IMG/VR virus record: IMGVR_UViG_3300010885_062553
DNA length: 64,000 nucleotides
Reading direction: 5' to 3' (one strand)
Source: an uncultured virus (IMG/VR IMGVR_UViG_3300010885_062553)
Lineage: Duplodnaviria > Heunggongvirae > Uroviricota > Caudoviricetes
The notes beneath the pieces were generated by a model that did no database searches, was not told the origin of the DNA, and worked only from the letters and a program-made list of their open reading frames with translations. A program made the position numbers and the translations under genes. This document shows, one piece after another, positions 27,049-36,297 of this stretch. Position 1 is the first letter of the stretch, and each line of letters starts with the position of its first letter.

Positions 27049-28447
27049 CGAAAGAACCCATTTTGATAAATTGTATGCACTCAGTTCCGCCGAAATTGGA
27101 TTTGAATTTGAGTTCTATACAAATATGCTTAAGGGTAAAGCTTCCGAATCCCTAGGAAAACTTCTAAACAAAAAAGTTATAGTTTCAGAAAAGTATCACT
27201 CTAATATTTCTGTTAGCGGTAGTACTTTTAAACTCGAACCTGATTATTCTGGAGGTGGCAAAATGGTTGAATTTATAACCGGGCCACTTCCTTATAATGA
27301 GGCTATTCCTATAATGATCAAAACATTAAAGTGGATAGACGAAAACGGGTGGACCAACGATAGATGCGCTTTTCAGTTTTCAGTTAGCTTTGATAAATCT
27401 AGAAGGGATATTAAGGATAGAATGGAAACCTTAGATAGACTTAAATTTATTTTAGGTTTAGATGAAAACAAGATATACGACAAATTCGGAACAAGGATAA
27501 AAAATGTTTATGCTAAATCCATAAAGAGAATAGTTCCTAGAAATCGTTTCGCTATGTTAGAAAATATAACTAGCATAGATCCTAAGATGTACAAAATTCC
27601 TGATGACAAATACTACGGAGTAAATTTCACTAAACTTTCTAAAGGGTATCTTGAATTTAGATATCTTGGGAATCGCGATTATCAGAAGAAAATAAAGGAG
27701 ATAAGAGAGGTTGTTGATTATGTCTTATTATATCTATATGATATTCTTAGCCGTAGAATAAACGGTTACACTAAAGATGATTTGGCTAAGTTACAGAATA
27801 TGATGAAGGATTACACTAAGGTTGTTAAATCCTTTAATAATCCAAACTTCTTCTTTAAAAATTATCCTGACTTCCATATATTTATAGATCTTAAGGGATG
27901 GGAAGAAAATGTTACTACATATTTCCCGGTAATCAGAGATAAACTATTTGAACTTATTGTTGAGGGAAACGTAACCTCTGGTTTTTTCAATTATGACACA
28001 ACCACGGGCAAATATCAACTTAAAGATTCCAGAAGCAGAGAAGCGGTTTTAATTGACGGAATGGATTTAATTCTTTGCGATATTAAAAATGGGATTTTGA
28101 AAAATTGCAACATTCATAATTGTGAGATAAAGAAATCCTCTTTAGAAGATTGTAACGTAGTTGGAGGATCTAAGATCTTCTCAAGCAAAGTTAAATCATC
28201 TATAGTAGAATTCACAAACGAATTAAAAGATTGTTTTATAGATTGCGAAAAAAAGAACATCAATTGTAAAATAATTGGTGGGGTTTTTAGAGCTGGAACC
28301 CTTGGTGAAAATTCTGAGGTTAGCAAAGAAACCTATAAAGTTAAAGGGTGGGATGAAATCAGAAACAATAGATTCGTAACCGATAGTAGGCTAAAAGATC
28401 TTAATGATCAGTTTGCTGTTTCGAGATTCGGAAATATGAATTACTAA
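27041..28447 (+). CDS. Putative amidoligase (COOH-NH2 ligase fold) with C-terminal Cys/Ile beta-helix-like repeats
   Basis: IGFEFEF, LEPDYS, VEFITGPL, KYYGVNF, YLEFRYLG; C-terminal LCDIKNGILKNCNIHNCEIKKSSLEDCNV; 8-nt overlap with the S1-like gene. Confidence 0.7.
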   Translation: MSNERTHFDKLYALSSAEIGFEFEFYTNMLKGKASESLGKLLNKKVIVSEKYHSNISVSGSTFKLEPDYSGGGKMVEFITGPLPYNEAIPIMIKTLKWIDENGWTNDRCAFQFSVSFDKSRRDIKDRMETLDRLKFILGLDENKIYDKFGTRIKNVYAKSIKRIVPRNRFAMLENITSIDPKMYKIPDDKYYGVNFTKLSKGYLEFRYLGNRDYQKKIKEIREVVDYVLLYLYDILSRRINGYTKDDLAKLQNMMKDYTKVVKSFNNPNFFFKNYPDFHIFIDLKGWEENVTTYFPVIRDKLFELIVEGNVTSGFFNYDTTTGKYQLKDSRSREAVLIDGMDLILCDIKNGILKNCNIHNCEIKKSSLEDCNVVGGSKIFSSKVKSSIVEFTNELKDCFIDCEKKNINCKIIGGVFRAGTLGENSEVSKETYKVKGWDEIRNNRFVTDSRLKDLNDQFAVSRFGNMNY

Positions 28448-28462
28448 AATAACCCTAAGAAA

Positions 28463-29263
28463 ATGATATTAGATGGTTTAATTCAGGAAATAGAAGACGC
28501 GCTATCCTTTAGCTGTGCTCTCCCATATAACCTAAACAAACAAGAGGTTGAAAGAATTATAGGACGTGCTAAGTCATGGTTTAGAGACAATTACCAGTAT
28601 GCTGTGGAGGATAGAGTTTTTATTCTTAAAAATGCAATATTTAAACATAAAGAATTTAGAGCAACCAGACAAATTAAATTGCCTGAGTCTATCGTGACTG
28701 TTTATGATGTAAGGGAAGTTGGAGGATCAGGAATTTCAGGAAATCCGGATAGAGATTTTAGCGACTCTAAACTTTTAGGATCTGAACTTTTACTTTCTCC
28801 TTTTGTTGGAGATAATCTAGTTTATAGAACGGTAATGTACTCCTATTTTGATTTATCTAGAGCTTACCTTCTAAATACTTTTGCATTTAAATGGAACAAG
28901 AACACAAAGAACTTAACCATCCTGGGTAGGGATCCATCAAGATCTGGTAAGGGTGGAACATCCGCTAATTCAAATGGACAGCTAGCTCAGGGATTTGGGG
29001 TAGGTGGGGTTGACGTAGCAGTTAGATGCTTTGTTGCTATAAATGACGAAGACCTTTTTAAAGATGAATTGTTTGTTAGATACTGTATAGCTAAATCTAA
29101 GATAGCGTTAGCTAATATGCTTTCCGTGTTTAACTATAATCTTCCTGGTGGAATACAAGTAAATTCTGGTGATATAAAAGCTACGGGTGAAGCGGAGCTT
29201 CAGGAGGTTATGGAAATGATTAATGGTGAGAATACACCTAGCTATTTCTTGCAGTGGAATTAA
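28463..29263 (+). CDS. Neck protein, T4 gp13-like
   Basis: C-terminal FVRYCIAKSK...FNYNLPGGIQVNSGDIKATGEAELQE fits the gp13 LPGG motif. Confidence 0.7.
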   Translation: MILDGLIQEIEDALSFSCALPYNLNKQEVERIIGRAKSWFRDNYQYAVEDRVFILKNAIFKHKEFRATRQIKLPESIVTVYDVREVGGSGISGNPDRDFSDSKLLGSELLLSPFVGDNLVYRTVMYSYFDLSRAYLLNTFAFKWNKNTKNLTILGRDPSRSGKGGTSANSNGQLAQGFGVGGVDVAVRCFVAINDEDLFKDELFVRYCIAKSKIALANMLSVFNYNLPGGIQVNSGDIKATGEAELQEVMEMINGENTPSYFLQWN

Positions 29264-29287
29264 AGAATACCGAAAAAATATCCAAAG

Positions 29288-29311
29288 ACCCCGGAATTTC
29301 CGGGGTTTTTT
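29288..29311 (+). terminator. Intrinsic terminator
   Basis: ACCCCGGA-ATT-TCCGGGGTTTTTT. Confidence 0.9.
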
Positions 29312-29337
29312 ATTTGTTGTGGCTCTTATGAAATTGA

Positions 29338-29345
29338 GATATATA
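29338..29345 (+). promoter_or_regulatory. Putative late promoter GATATATA
   Basis: Directly after the terminator and before the gp25-like gene. Confidence 0.75.
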
Positions 29346-29367
29346 ATATCAGTATTAGCATTTAAGT

Positions 29368-29739
29368 ATGAAAGAACTTTACAATAGGGATCCACAAGAC
29401 CCAAAATATAATCCATATCAGATAGAGACGACAGATCCTGTAGAGATTTGTACTGGCCAATTGAAGATGTTGCTTCTAACAAACAAAGGTGAAGTGTTAG
29501 GAGATCCTAGATTTGGACTAAATCTGGAGGATCTTATCTTTAATCTTAATGTATCAGAATCAGGTCTTAAGAATGAACTTGATACTTTTTTAACGACCTA
29601 CATTCCTCTTTTTTCAACACTTGGCGGAAGTTACGATCTCAATTTTTTTCAAGGAACTCAAAGAGACGTAGCAACTTTAGATTTTATGCTCCCTTCTGAT
29701 GGAGGATTAAGTCCAACAATAACTTTAAGAATAACATAA
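29368..29739 (+). CDS. Baseplate wedge/sheath initiator, gp25-like
   Basis: LKMLLLTNKGEVLGDPRFGLNLEDLIF. Confidence 0.85.
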   Translation: MKELYNRDPQDPKYNPYQIETTDPVEICTGQLKMLLLTNKGEVLGDPRFGLNLEDLIFNLNVSESGLKNELDTFLTTYIPLFSTLGGSYDLNFFQGTQRDVATLDFMLPSDGGLSPTITLRIT

Positions 29740-29747
29740 TTTAGAAA

Positions 29748-31475
29748 ATGAATATTTTTAAGAAAAATAACATCCTGATTAACGGACTCTTAACTGACAC
29801 CTTTAATTTTCTACAGGATACTTATAACCAGACCGTAAATTTGTTCACAGTTGCTTCTGCATGGGGACAAATTTTGTTTGTCGTTCAGAATCTATCGCAA
29901 ATGATATTATACTTTATCGAGGATTCTATTACGGAGCTAAATATAGAAAATGCTACAAGGGATTATTCAGTAAGAAGCTTGGCTAGAATTTCTGGATATG
30001 ATCCGGGAAGATCGACATCGGCTCAGGGTGAAGTTTTTGTTTCCTGGAACACATTACAGTCTGATGTTGGAGGGGGATGTATCATTCTAAGTAACCACAC
30101 ACAAATAAGATGTCAAGAGAACGGTAGAACTTACTCGCTCGTTCTAGGAGCTCAGAAATTAACAATTCCGCTTACAGGAGGAACTAATCCAATTAGATGT
30201 AAAATAGTTCAGGGTGTATTTAATTCTTTTACAGTTACAGGAACAGGTCTTTCTCTACAGAGCTTTAGTATTCCTATACAATCCGCTTCATTTGTAGATC
30301 AATTTTATGTTGATGTTTATGTTAATGAGGAAAAATGGAAAAGATACGATTCTCTTTATGACATCCCTCTAAACAAAAAGGGATATCTCGTCAAGAGTGG
30401 AATTCAGGAAGGCATAGATATTTATTTCGGTAATTCTAATTTTGGAATGGTTCCCCAGAAGGGATCTAAAATAAGAATAGAATACCTTCAAAATGTAGGA
30501 ACAGGAGGTAATGTTGCATCCACTAAAGATAATCCAATAAGTTATAAATTCAACCAAACAGGCACAGATCTTTTTGGTAAAGAAGTGGATCTTGGAAATT
30601 ATTTAGATATTAAACAAAGTATAGATCCGATGTTTGGAACAAATCCAGACTCTACCAATTTAATAAGACTGGTTGCTCCTAAAGTTAGTAGATCGTTTGT
30701 TTTTGCAAATGCCCAAAATTATGAGATCTTTCTAGATAAACTTGGTATATTTTCTCAAATACAAGCATTCTCTACTTTTGACGACGATTACTTGGACGAT
30801 GATAATGTTGTTTATCTTTATTTGATACCTAATATTACACTTAACATCTCGTCTAATCAAGATTATTTCAGTGTTCCTGTTGAAGATTTTCTATTAACAG
30901 AACCACAGAAAAAAATGATAGTTAAACTTATTCAGGATTCAGGATCTATGATAGCTACAACGGTAATACAAATAGTTGATCCTGTAATATCTAGATATGT
31001 TACGAATGTTGTTTTTACTATTTTTGAAGGGTATGATCCAGAATCAGTAAAGAAAGAAATTAGGAAAAGAATATCTACGTATATGCTAAATACGACAAGA
31101 AGGGATTATATTCCTAAATCCGATTTGATAGCTATAGTTGAATCTATAGATGGTGTCGATTCAGTCAATCTCTACTTTGTTGGTCAAAAGAACGAGGAGA
31201 ATCAGTCAAAGATGAAGGATCTTACAAATATATCCGATCAACAAATGTCGCAGTTGTTAGGACTTAATGATTTCGGAGATATAGTTATAGGTAGAAATGA
31301 GCTTGTAGTTTTAAGAGGTGGTTGGACAGATAGAAACGGTATAACTTATACGGAGGGTATAGTAGAAGGAAAACCAGGACCATTAAATATGAGTGTATCT
31401 TCTACTACTAAGAAAGATTACAGAGCGGAATTAAATGCTAACACCAAGGCTCAAATTACAAAATCTTCTAACTAA
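29748..31475 (+). CDS. Baseplate wedge protein, gp6/baseplate-J-like
   Basis: ATRDYSVRSLARISGYDP...SAQG, IYFGNSNFGMVP..GSKIRIEY...G..GN, IDGVDSV; follows the gp25-like gene. Confidence 0.85.
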   Translation: MNIFKKNNILINGLLTDTFNFLQDTYNQTVNLFTVASAWGQILFVVQNLSQMILYFIEDSITELNIENATRDYSVRSLARISGYDPGRSTSAQGEVFVSWNTLQSDVGGGCIILSNHTQIRCQENGRTYSLVLGAQKLTIPLTGGTNPIRCKIVQGVFNSFTVTGTGLSLQSFSIPIQSASFVDQFYVDVYVNEEKWKRYDSLYDIPLNKKGYLVKSGIQEGIDIYFGNSNFGMVPQKGSKIRIEYLQNVGTGGNVASTKDNPISYKFNQTGTDLFGKEVDLGNYLDIKQSIDPMFGTNPDSTNLIRLVAPKVSRSFVFANAQNYEIFLDKLGIFSQIQAFSTFDDDYLDDDNVVYLYLIPNITLNISSNQDYFSVPVEDFLLTEPQKKMIVKLIQDSGSMIATTVIQIVDPVISRYVTNVVFTIFEGYDPESVKKEIRKRISTYMLNTTRRDYIPKSDLIAIVESIDGVDSVNLYFVGQKNEENQSKMKDLTNISDQQMSQLLGLNDFGDIVIGRNELVVLRGGWTDRNGITYTEGIVEGKPGPLNMSVSSTTKKDYRAELNANTKAQITKSSN

Positions 31476-31477
31476 GA

Positions 31478-32011
31478 ATGGCAGAAAAAGAATACTCCCC
31501 GTTTTTCCCCGATCCCGATAAAGGGATAAACTATACTCAGGTAGGGATAAAGCCTCAGACATCATCATCAACTTTCTATAATTCTAGAGATATTTATGAT
31601 ACACAAGATCTGGCAGAATCTAGAGCCTATAATATAGGATGCTCTGGGTACAGATTAATTTTAGCAAATAGTAAAGAGTATAAATTTGCACCTTGTTCGG
31701 ATAGTAAAGATTATCGCAAATTGATGAAAGAACTTCCTAAAATTCCAATGGAAAGGCATTGGTATGAATATGATCCAACCCAGAATATTTATGATATAAG
31801 GGATAGCGTAAATGATAACGTTCAGGAGGGATTTATCTATAAGGAACAGATTTTAAAAAGAACTCTTTCAAGTGTAATATACAAAGATCCCATTAAAGAG
31901 GGAATACTTCATTACTTTGATATGGTGATATATGGATTAGTAGAAAGTACAAAACAAATTAAAAACTTTTTTAACTACACAGTTAAAAAAAATAACAGAA
32001 GAGTATTTTAA
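31478..32011 (+). CDS. Hypothetical baseplate-region protein with small Cys-pair domain
   Basis: YDTQDLAESRAYNIGCSGY...FAPC. Confidence 0.6.
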   Translation: MAEKEYSPFFPDPDKGINYTQVGIKPQTSSSTFYNSRDIYDTQDLAESRAYNIGCSGYRLILANSKEYKFAPCSDSKDYRKLMKELPKIPMERHWYEYDPTQNIYDIRDSVNDNVQEGFIYKEQILKRTLSSVIYKDPIKEGILHYFDMVIYGLVESTKQIKNFFNYTVKKNNRRVF

Positions 32012-32014
32012 GAT

Positions 32015-35000
32015 ATGTCTAATTTTTTTTATAGAAGGCTTAACTTTTTTAATAAACACGGGGATCCCCTGAATTTTGATTATGTTGGCCCGACTGGACC
32101 AACCCCACTTGACTCTAAATTCACTTTTAGAAGTTCTTCTGGATCTTCGAGTGTTGGTGAATTTGATGTGGATCTTCTTGATTCCGATCCAGCATCTTTA
32201 ACATTTAATCTTAATGATTTAAATGGGTTTAATATATCTGATTGGGCTAAAGAGATTTTTGACTTTCTGTTAAAAGGAGCGGACGTTTATCTATATGGTA
32301 GAATTGCTGGACAACAAGAATTCAAAGGTAAAATATCATCAATTTCAACTAATGTTGGAACGTATACTGTTAACTTTTATCCTGGGCAAGTTTCAGGTCA
32401 GAAGACAATAAGTCAAGGATATCAAGTTTATTTTAAAACATCCTACGAGTACAGACCAGGCGGATATTTTAAGGGAAGCATTTATTTTGATCCAGTTTCT
32501 TCTGGACTCTATGAGAATGAGCAAATTTTTATTGTTCAAGAAATGTATAATCCTTTAGGATCTATTGAATATGGGTTACCGCATACTGGATTCACTGGAG
32601 GGACAGGTGGAACCGCCCAGGGAAAATGGAGAACGAGATGGTATAATGACAAATATGGTGAAACTGATGTATCTGAGATCATATTCACTTATAAAATAGA
32701 GGATAGGTTACCTGGCGGAGAAGGACAGCCAATAATAATAAATTATCCAAATGTAGTTTATCCGATAGATGCAATAGCTAGTGATGACTACTACTCTAAT
32801 GTTGGTGGGTATATCGAGTCATCAAATATCACATCAGAATCATTATCGATAAATGTTGCCCTTAACTCTAGTGATCTTTATTCTGATATTTATGAGAGAA
32901 GACTTGTAGTAGAGGATATAACAGGACCTAGCCCAGTTAAGGTTTTAGAGGTGAATTTCTACGGTGAGATTGTAGGGGAAGACGAAAGATTTAACGTTCT
33001 TCTTAAAAATCTAGGACGAGCTTTTTACCAGTCAGATTCGATTATTCTTAGAGACCATGACCCGGAGGAACCAATGCCAAACTACCTTGAAATAAACCAG
33101 AAAAGGAAAGAGCTAATGGTGGCTGGTGAAAGCATATTCCCATATGCAGGTAGTTATAAAGGTCTAGTTAATGCCCTTAAGTTCTTTGGTTATCAAGATT
33201 TAAGAATAAAGGAGTATTGGCTTAATCTAGAATATGGTAAAACTCAAGTCACATCACCTCTTCAAAGTAATCAAGAGTTTCTAGATCAAATAAATGCAGA
33301 TCAAGAAGCAAATGGATACAGTCAGAACTATAAAATATCTGATCTTATAAATAATGAGAACACTGGAAAGTATAAGTTAACACAAACGTATGGCCCGGAT
33401 TCGGACGGAAACTATGTTCTTAATCTTTCCTCGCAGGATACACTACTTCCAAGTAAAACATATAAAAAAACTGCTTTATTTGGATTGTATTACGATCTCA
33501 ACAAAGTGACAGGGAATGATTCAGATTATGGGTATCCTGAAGTTACTGACGCTTTTGCATTTACGCAGGAGGAAGTTCTGATAAAACTGTTTGCATTAAA
33601 AGAGAGGCTCAAAAGAGACTATCTCCCTCTAAATGCTAGAATAGTTGATATTACTGGAGAGGGAGTTTATTTTGACATTTATAATACCCGTGTTTGGACT
33701 GATACTATGGACAGATCAGAAATAAGTGCTGGGTTTGATTTTCAAATAAAAGCAAATCCTGATTTTGGATTTTTAGAGGATCTTAGAAATTTTTCAACTA
33801 GACCTTATTCTAATTCTATACAAGCTCCGTCCAATTATTACAATAAGTATGAAATAACAGCTAGCGTTGCTGGTGGCACCGGCAGTGCTTTATACTTTAA
33901 AGGAATTTCAGATTCACTTAATCTTACACCAAATCCAACTTTCTCGGTAACCTCTGGTAAATCCTATGAATTCTCTATAGGTACCACTGGATTTGATTTT
34001 TATATAACAACAGATCCAACTTTATCCTCTATTGTTGCTCCGACTGGTCTTACCGGAAATGGTGCTATATCAGGGGGATCGCCAATGACCTGGTATGTTA
34101 ATCCTACCCAAACATCGCCTGTTTATTATTTTTCATCGAATAATAAATCTCTACTAAATGGACAGATCACAGTTTTACCTTCCACCATATCAGATCTTGG
34201 AAATACTGTAGATCCGCTTTCTTCGCAACAAAGATTTTCCCCATCACAGAACTCCTCGATGATTTCTGCAATCTCAAATTTTTATGATTTAAAGCAGCAG
34301 GGAAAAATAAAGGATCTTGGAGATGGTGCATACAATTACGATTACCCTGTTTACGTTGATCCTGTTACTGGTCTTCCATATCAGAATCCTATAGGAATGC
34401 CAGTAGTTTTAGAACTTATCCCTGATAGATGGACATGGGATGAATTGAATTTTACCTGGACCTCCGTTATACTTCCTATATTTTCAATAGGAACAAGAGT
34501 TAATGTAAAATCCCCAAATAGCTCTTATTACGGTCAGAATGGAACTGTAGTTGCGGTTGTTAGTTATCTTGATGAAACTTATAGCATTAAGCTGGATGGG
34601 GGTCCAACAGTAACATTTGACTCGTATTCCCTCTATGCAACATCACAAAAATATGGATTGCTAACCTGGACGAATATTGATTTCTCCAACATGGTGGAGA
34701 TAGAGTGGATCGTAAATAAATCAACAACTCAGAGCGGAAGCCCATATAATTTTATTTTCAGAGGACCAATATCAGACTTCTACCGTTTATCGCATTTTGT
34801 TCCTTATACAGGAGAGTACAAAGTTACCTGCAATGTTATAGATGGATTTAATTTTAAAAATACAGTAATAAAAGATGGGGCAATAAAGGTTAGTCCAAAA
34901 ACAATTAAAGTCGATGCTTGGACAAGATTCAGAGAAGTTGAAACGTATGACTGGAAAGACACTTACAAAGCATGGGAGGAATACAACTCAATTTGGGAAT

Positions 35001-36268
35001 TCCCTGCCGAAGGATCCTCTATAGAGGTTCTTAAAAAATCAATTCCTGAAGAGATCCTTAATTTTTCAAATTATGGAAACAAGGCAGAAGAGGGACAGGA
35101 TGTTTACGTAAAAATAAAAACACAGCCTTCATCTGCTTATAGCAATATTGTTATTACCCAGAATGTTTTGGGAATACTCGACATTTCTTCGTATCTAATA
35201 ACTGGTATTCAGTATGGATTTGCTACGGTAACAACAGCATCCACACATAATTTAACTACTGGCGACGTAGTTTCTATCCAAAATTCAGTTCCACAGATAA
35301 TGGGGAGATGGAATTGTATTGTTACATCGGACACAACATTTGAGATTCCTATAATTCTTGAACTTGGTTGGAGCTCTGTGTATACTGCTTCTTCTCCAAC
35401 TAGACTTACCGTAGACGTTTCCGCCTCTTGGTACCCAAATCAAAAGATGACCTCAGCAGGGAAAATGTCTATTTATATAAACGATAGACTTATTGGATCC
35501 TCCGAGGCTGGTGATACACTTCACTCAACAGTAAACTCGATAGTTTCCTCCGTTAATTCATTAAGAACCTATCCTGACTATTTTGCATCCTGCGATAATC
35601 CGACAGCAGATCCGGCAACAATTAAAATTACAGCACCATCTGATCTGGGGGCAAACCAGAATGGATCAAAAGTATCATTATCTGTTTCTGGCTCGATAAT
35701 TTTAAATTCCTATGATACTGGAATGACAGGTGGATTGAACGTTGATTCCAAATATGTTTACTGGCCAGAGTACTCACTGACCTTTCCCAATAAGAATCTT
35801 AAGTATTGGGGAACTAAAAGGATTAACTGGAATACGTTTGAAGATAACACGTGGGATAATGGATACGCTCACGGTTGGTATGATTTTGAATTTAATAATG
35901 ATTGGTTAGGAGGGTACGAGCTTCATAATATAAGACCGGGTGATAATATATTATTAAGCACAGCTAATGAATCTTATCCATTTCCTACAGGAATAACTAT
36001 ACAGCAAGGGATTGCAGGTTTAAGTATCCAAGAATTAGCAGATCAGTTAAATTCGTCCTCCGACATGTACGTTTCTAATTTTTATTATAGACCAATTCCT
36101 ACTGAATCAGGACCGCTCTCAACGGATACACCGCCTACAAATTTGAGCGTTAATAATTTTTCTATAACAAATTCTTCGTACCTTCCTCCTAGTAGTGTTC
36201 CTGGGGGTAGTCCTTTATTTAAAGTCTCTTTTGGCTCTACCGGAGGTACCACTAGTATGATAATTTAA
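32015..36268 (+). CDS. Large baseplate wedge/tail protein (gp7-like segment plus accessory domains)
   Basis: AGSYKGLVNALKFFGY...IKEYW segment typical of gp7/tail protein I; ATVTTASTHNLTTGDVVSI fibre-type module. Confidence 0.55.
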   Translation: MSNFFYRRLNFFNKHGDPLNFDYVGPTGPTPLDSKFTFRSSSGSSSVGEFDVDLLDSDPASLTFNLNDLNGFNISDWAKEIFDFLLKGADVYLYGRIAGQQEFKGKISSISTNVGTYTVNFYPGQVSGQKTISQGYQVYFKTSYEYRPGGYFKGSIYFDPVSSGLYENEQIFIVQEMYNPLGSIEYGLPHTGFTGGTGGTAQGKWRTRWYNDKYGETDVSEIIFTYKIEDRLPGGEGQPIIINYPNVVYPIDAIASDDYYSNVGGYIESSNITSESLSINVALNSSDLYSDIYERRLVVEDITGPSPVKVLEVNFYGEIVGEDERFNVLLKNLGRAFYQSDSIILRDHDPEEPMPNYLEINQKRKELMVAGESIFPYAGSYKGLVNALKFFGYQDLRIKEYWLNLEYGKTQVTSPLQSNQEFLDQINADQEANGYSQNYKISDLINNENTGKYKLTQTYGPDSDGNYVLNLSSQDTLLPSKTYKKTALFGLYYDLNKVTGNDSDYGYPEVTDAFAFTQEEVLIKLFALKERLKRDYLPLNARIVDITGEGVYFDIYNTRVWTDTMDRSEISAGFDFQIKANPDFGFLEDLRNFSTRPYSNSIQAPSNYYNKYEITASVAGGTGSALYFKGISDSLNLTPNPTFSVTSGKSYEFSIGTTGFDFYITTDPTLSSIVAPTGLTGNGAISGGSPMTWYVNPTQTSPVYYFSSNNKSLLNGQITVLPSTISDLGNTVDPLSSQQRFSPSQNSSMISAISNFYDLKQQGKIKDLGDGAYNYDYPVYVDPVTGLPYQNPIGMPVVLELIPDRWTWDELNFTWTSVILPIFSIGTRVNVKSPNSSYYGQNGTVVAVVSYLDETYSIKLDGGPTVTFDSYSLYATSQKYGLLTWTNIDFSNMVEIEWIVNKSTTQSGSPYNFIFRGPISDFYRLSHFVPYTGEYKVTCNVIDGFNFKNTVIKDGAIKVSPKTIKVDAWTRFREVETYDWKDTYKAWEEYNSIWEFPAEGSSIEVLKKSIPEEILNFSNYGNKAEEGQDVYVKIKTQPSSAYSNIVITQNVLGILDISSYLITGIQYGFATVTTASTHNLTTGDVVSIQNSVPQIMGRWNCIVTSDTTFEIPIILELGWSSVYTASSPTRLTVDVSASWYPNQKMTSAGKMSIYINDRLIGSSEAGDTLHSTVNSIVSSVNSLRTYPDYFASCDNPTADPATIKITAPSDLGANQNGSKVSLSVSGSIILNSYDTGMTGGLNVDSKYVYWPEYSLTFPNKNLKYWGTKRINWNTFEDNTWDNGYAHGWYDFEFNNDWLGGYELHNIRPGDNILLSTANESYPFPTGITIQQGIAGLSIQELADQLNSSSDMYVSNFYYRPIPTESGPLSTDTPPTNLSVNNFSITNSSYLPPSSVPGGSPLFKVSFGSTGGTTSMII

Positions 36269-36276
36269 AATATATA
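36269..36276 (+). promoter_or_regulatory. Putative late promoter variant AATATATA
   Basis: In the short gap before 36298; the same variant occurs at 38331-38338. Confidence 0.5.
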
Positions 36277-36297
36277 ATTTAAGAAATCTGATTTAAA

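Noticed and set aside
15130..36268. Extracellular contractile injection system or tailocin rather than a phage
   Set aside because: Capsid, neck and probable internal head genes plus phoH and NUDIX are present, and there are no flanking host housekeeping genes.
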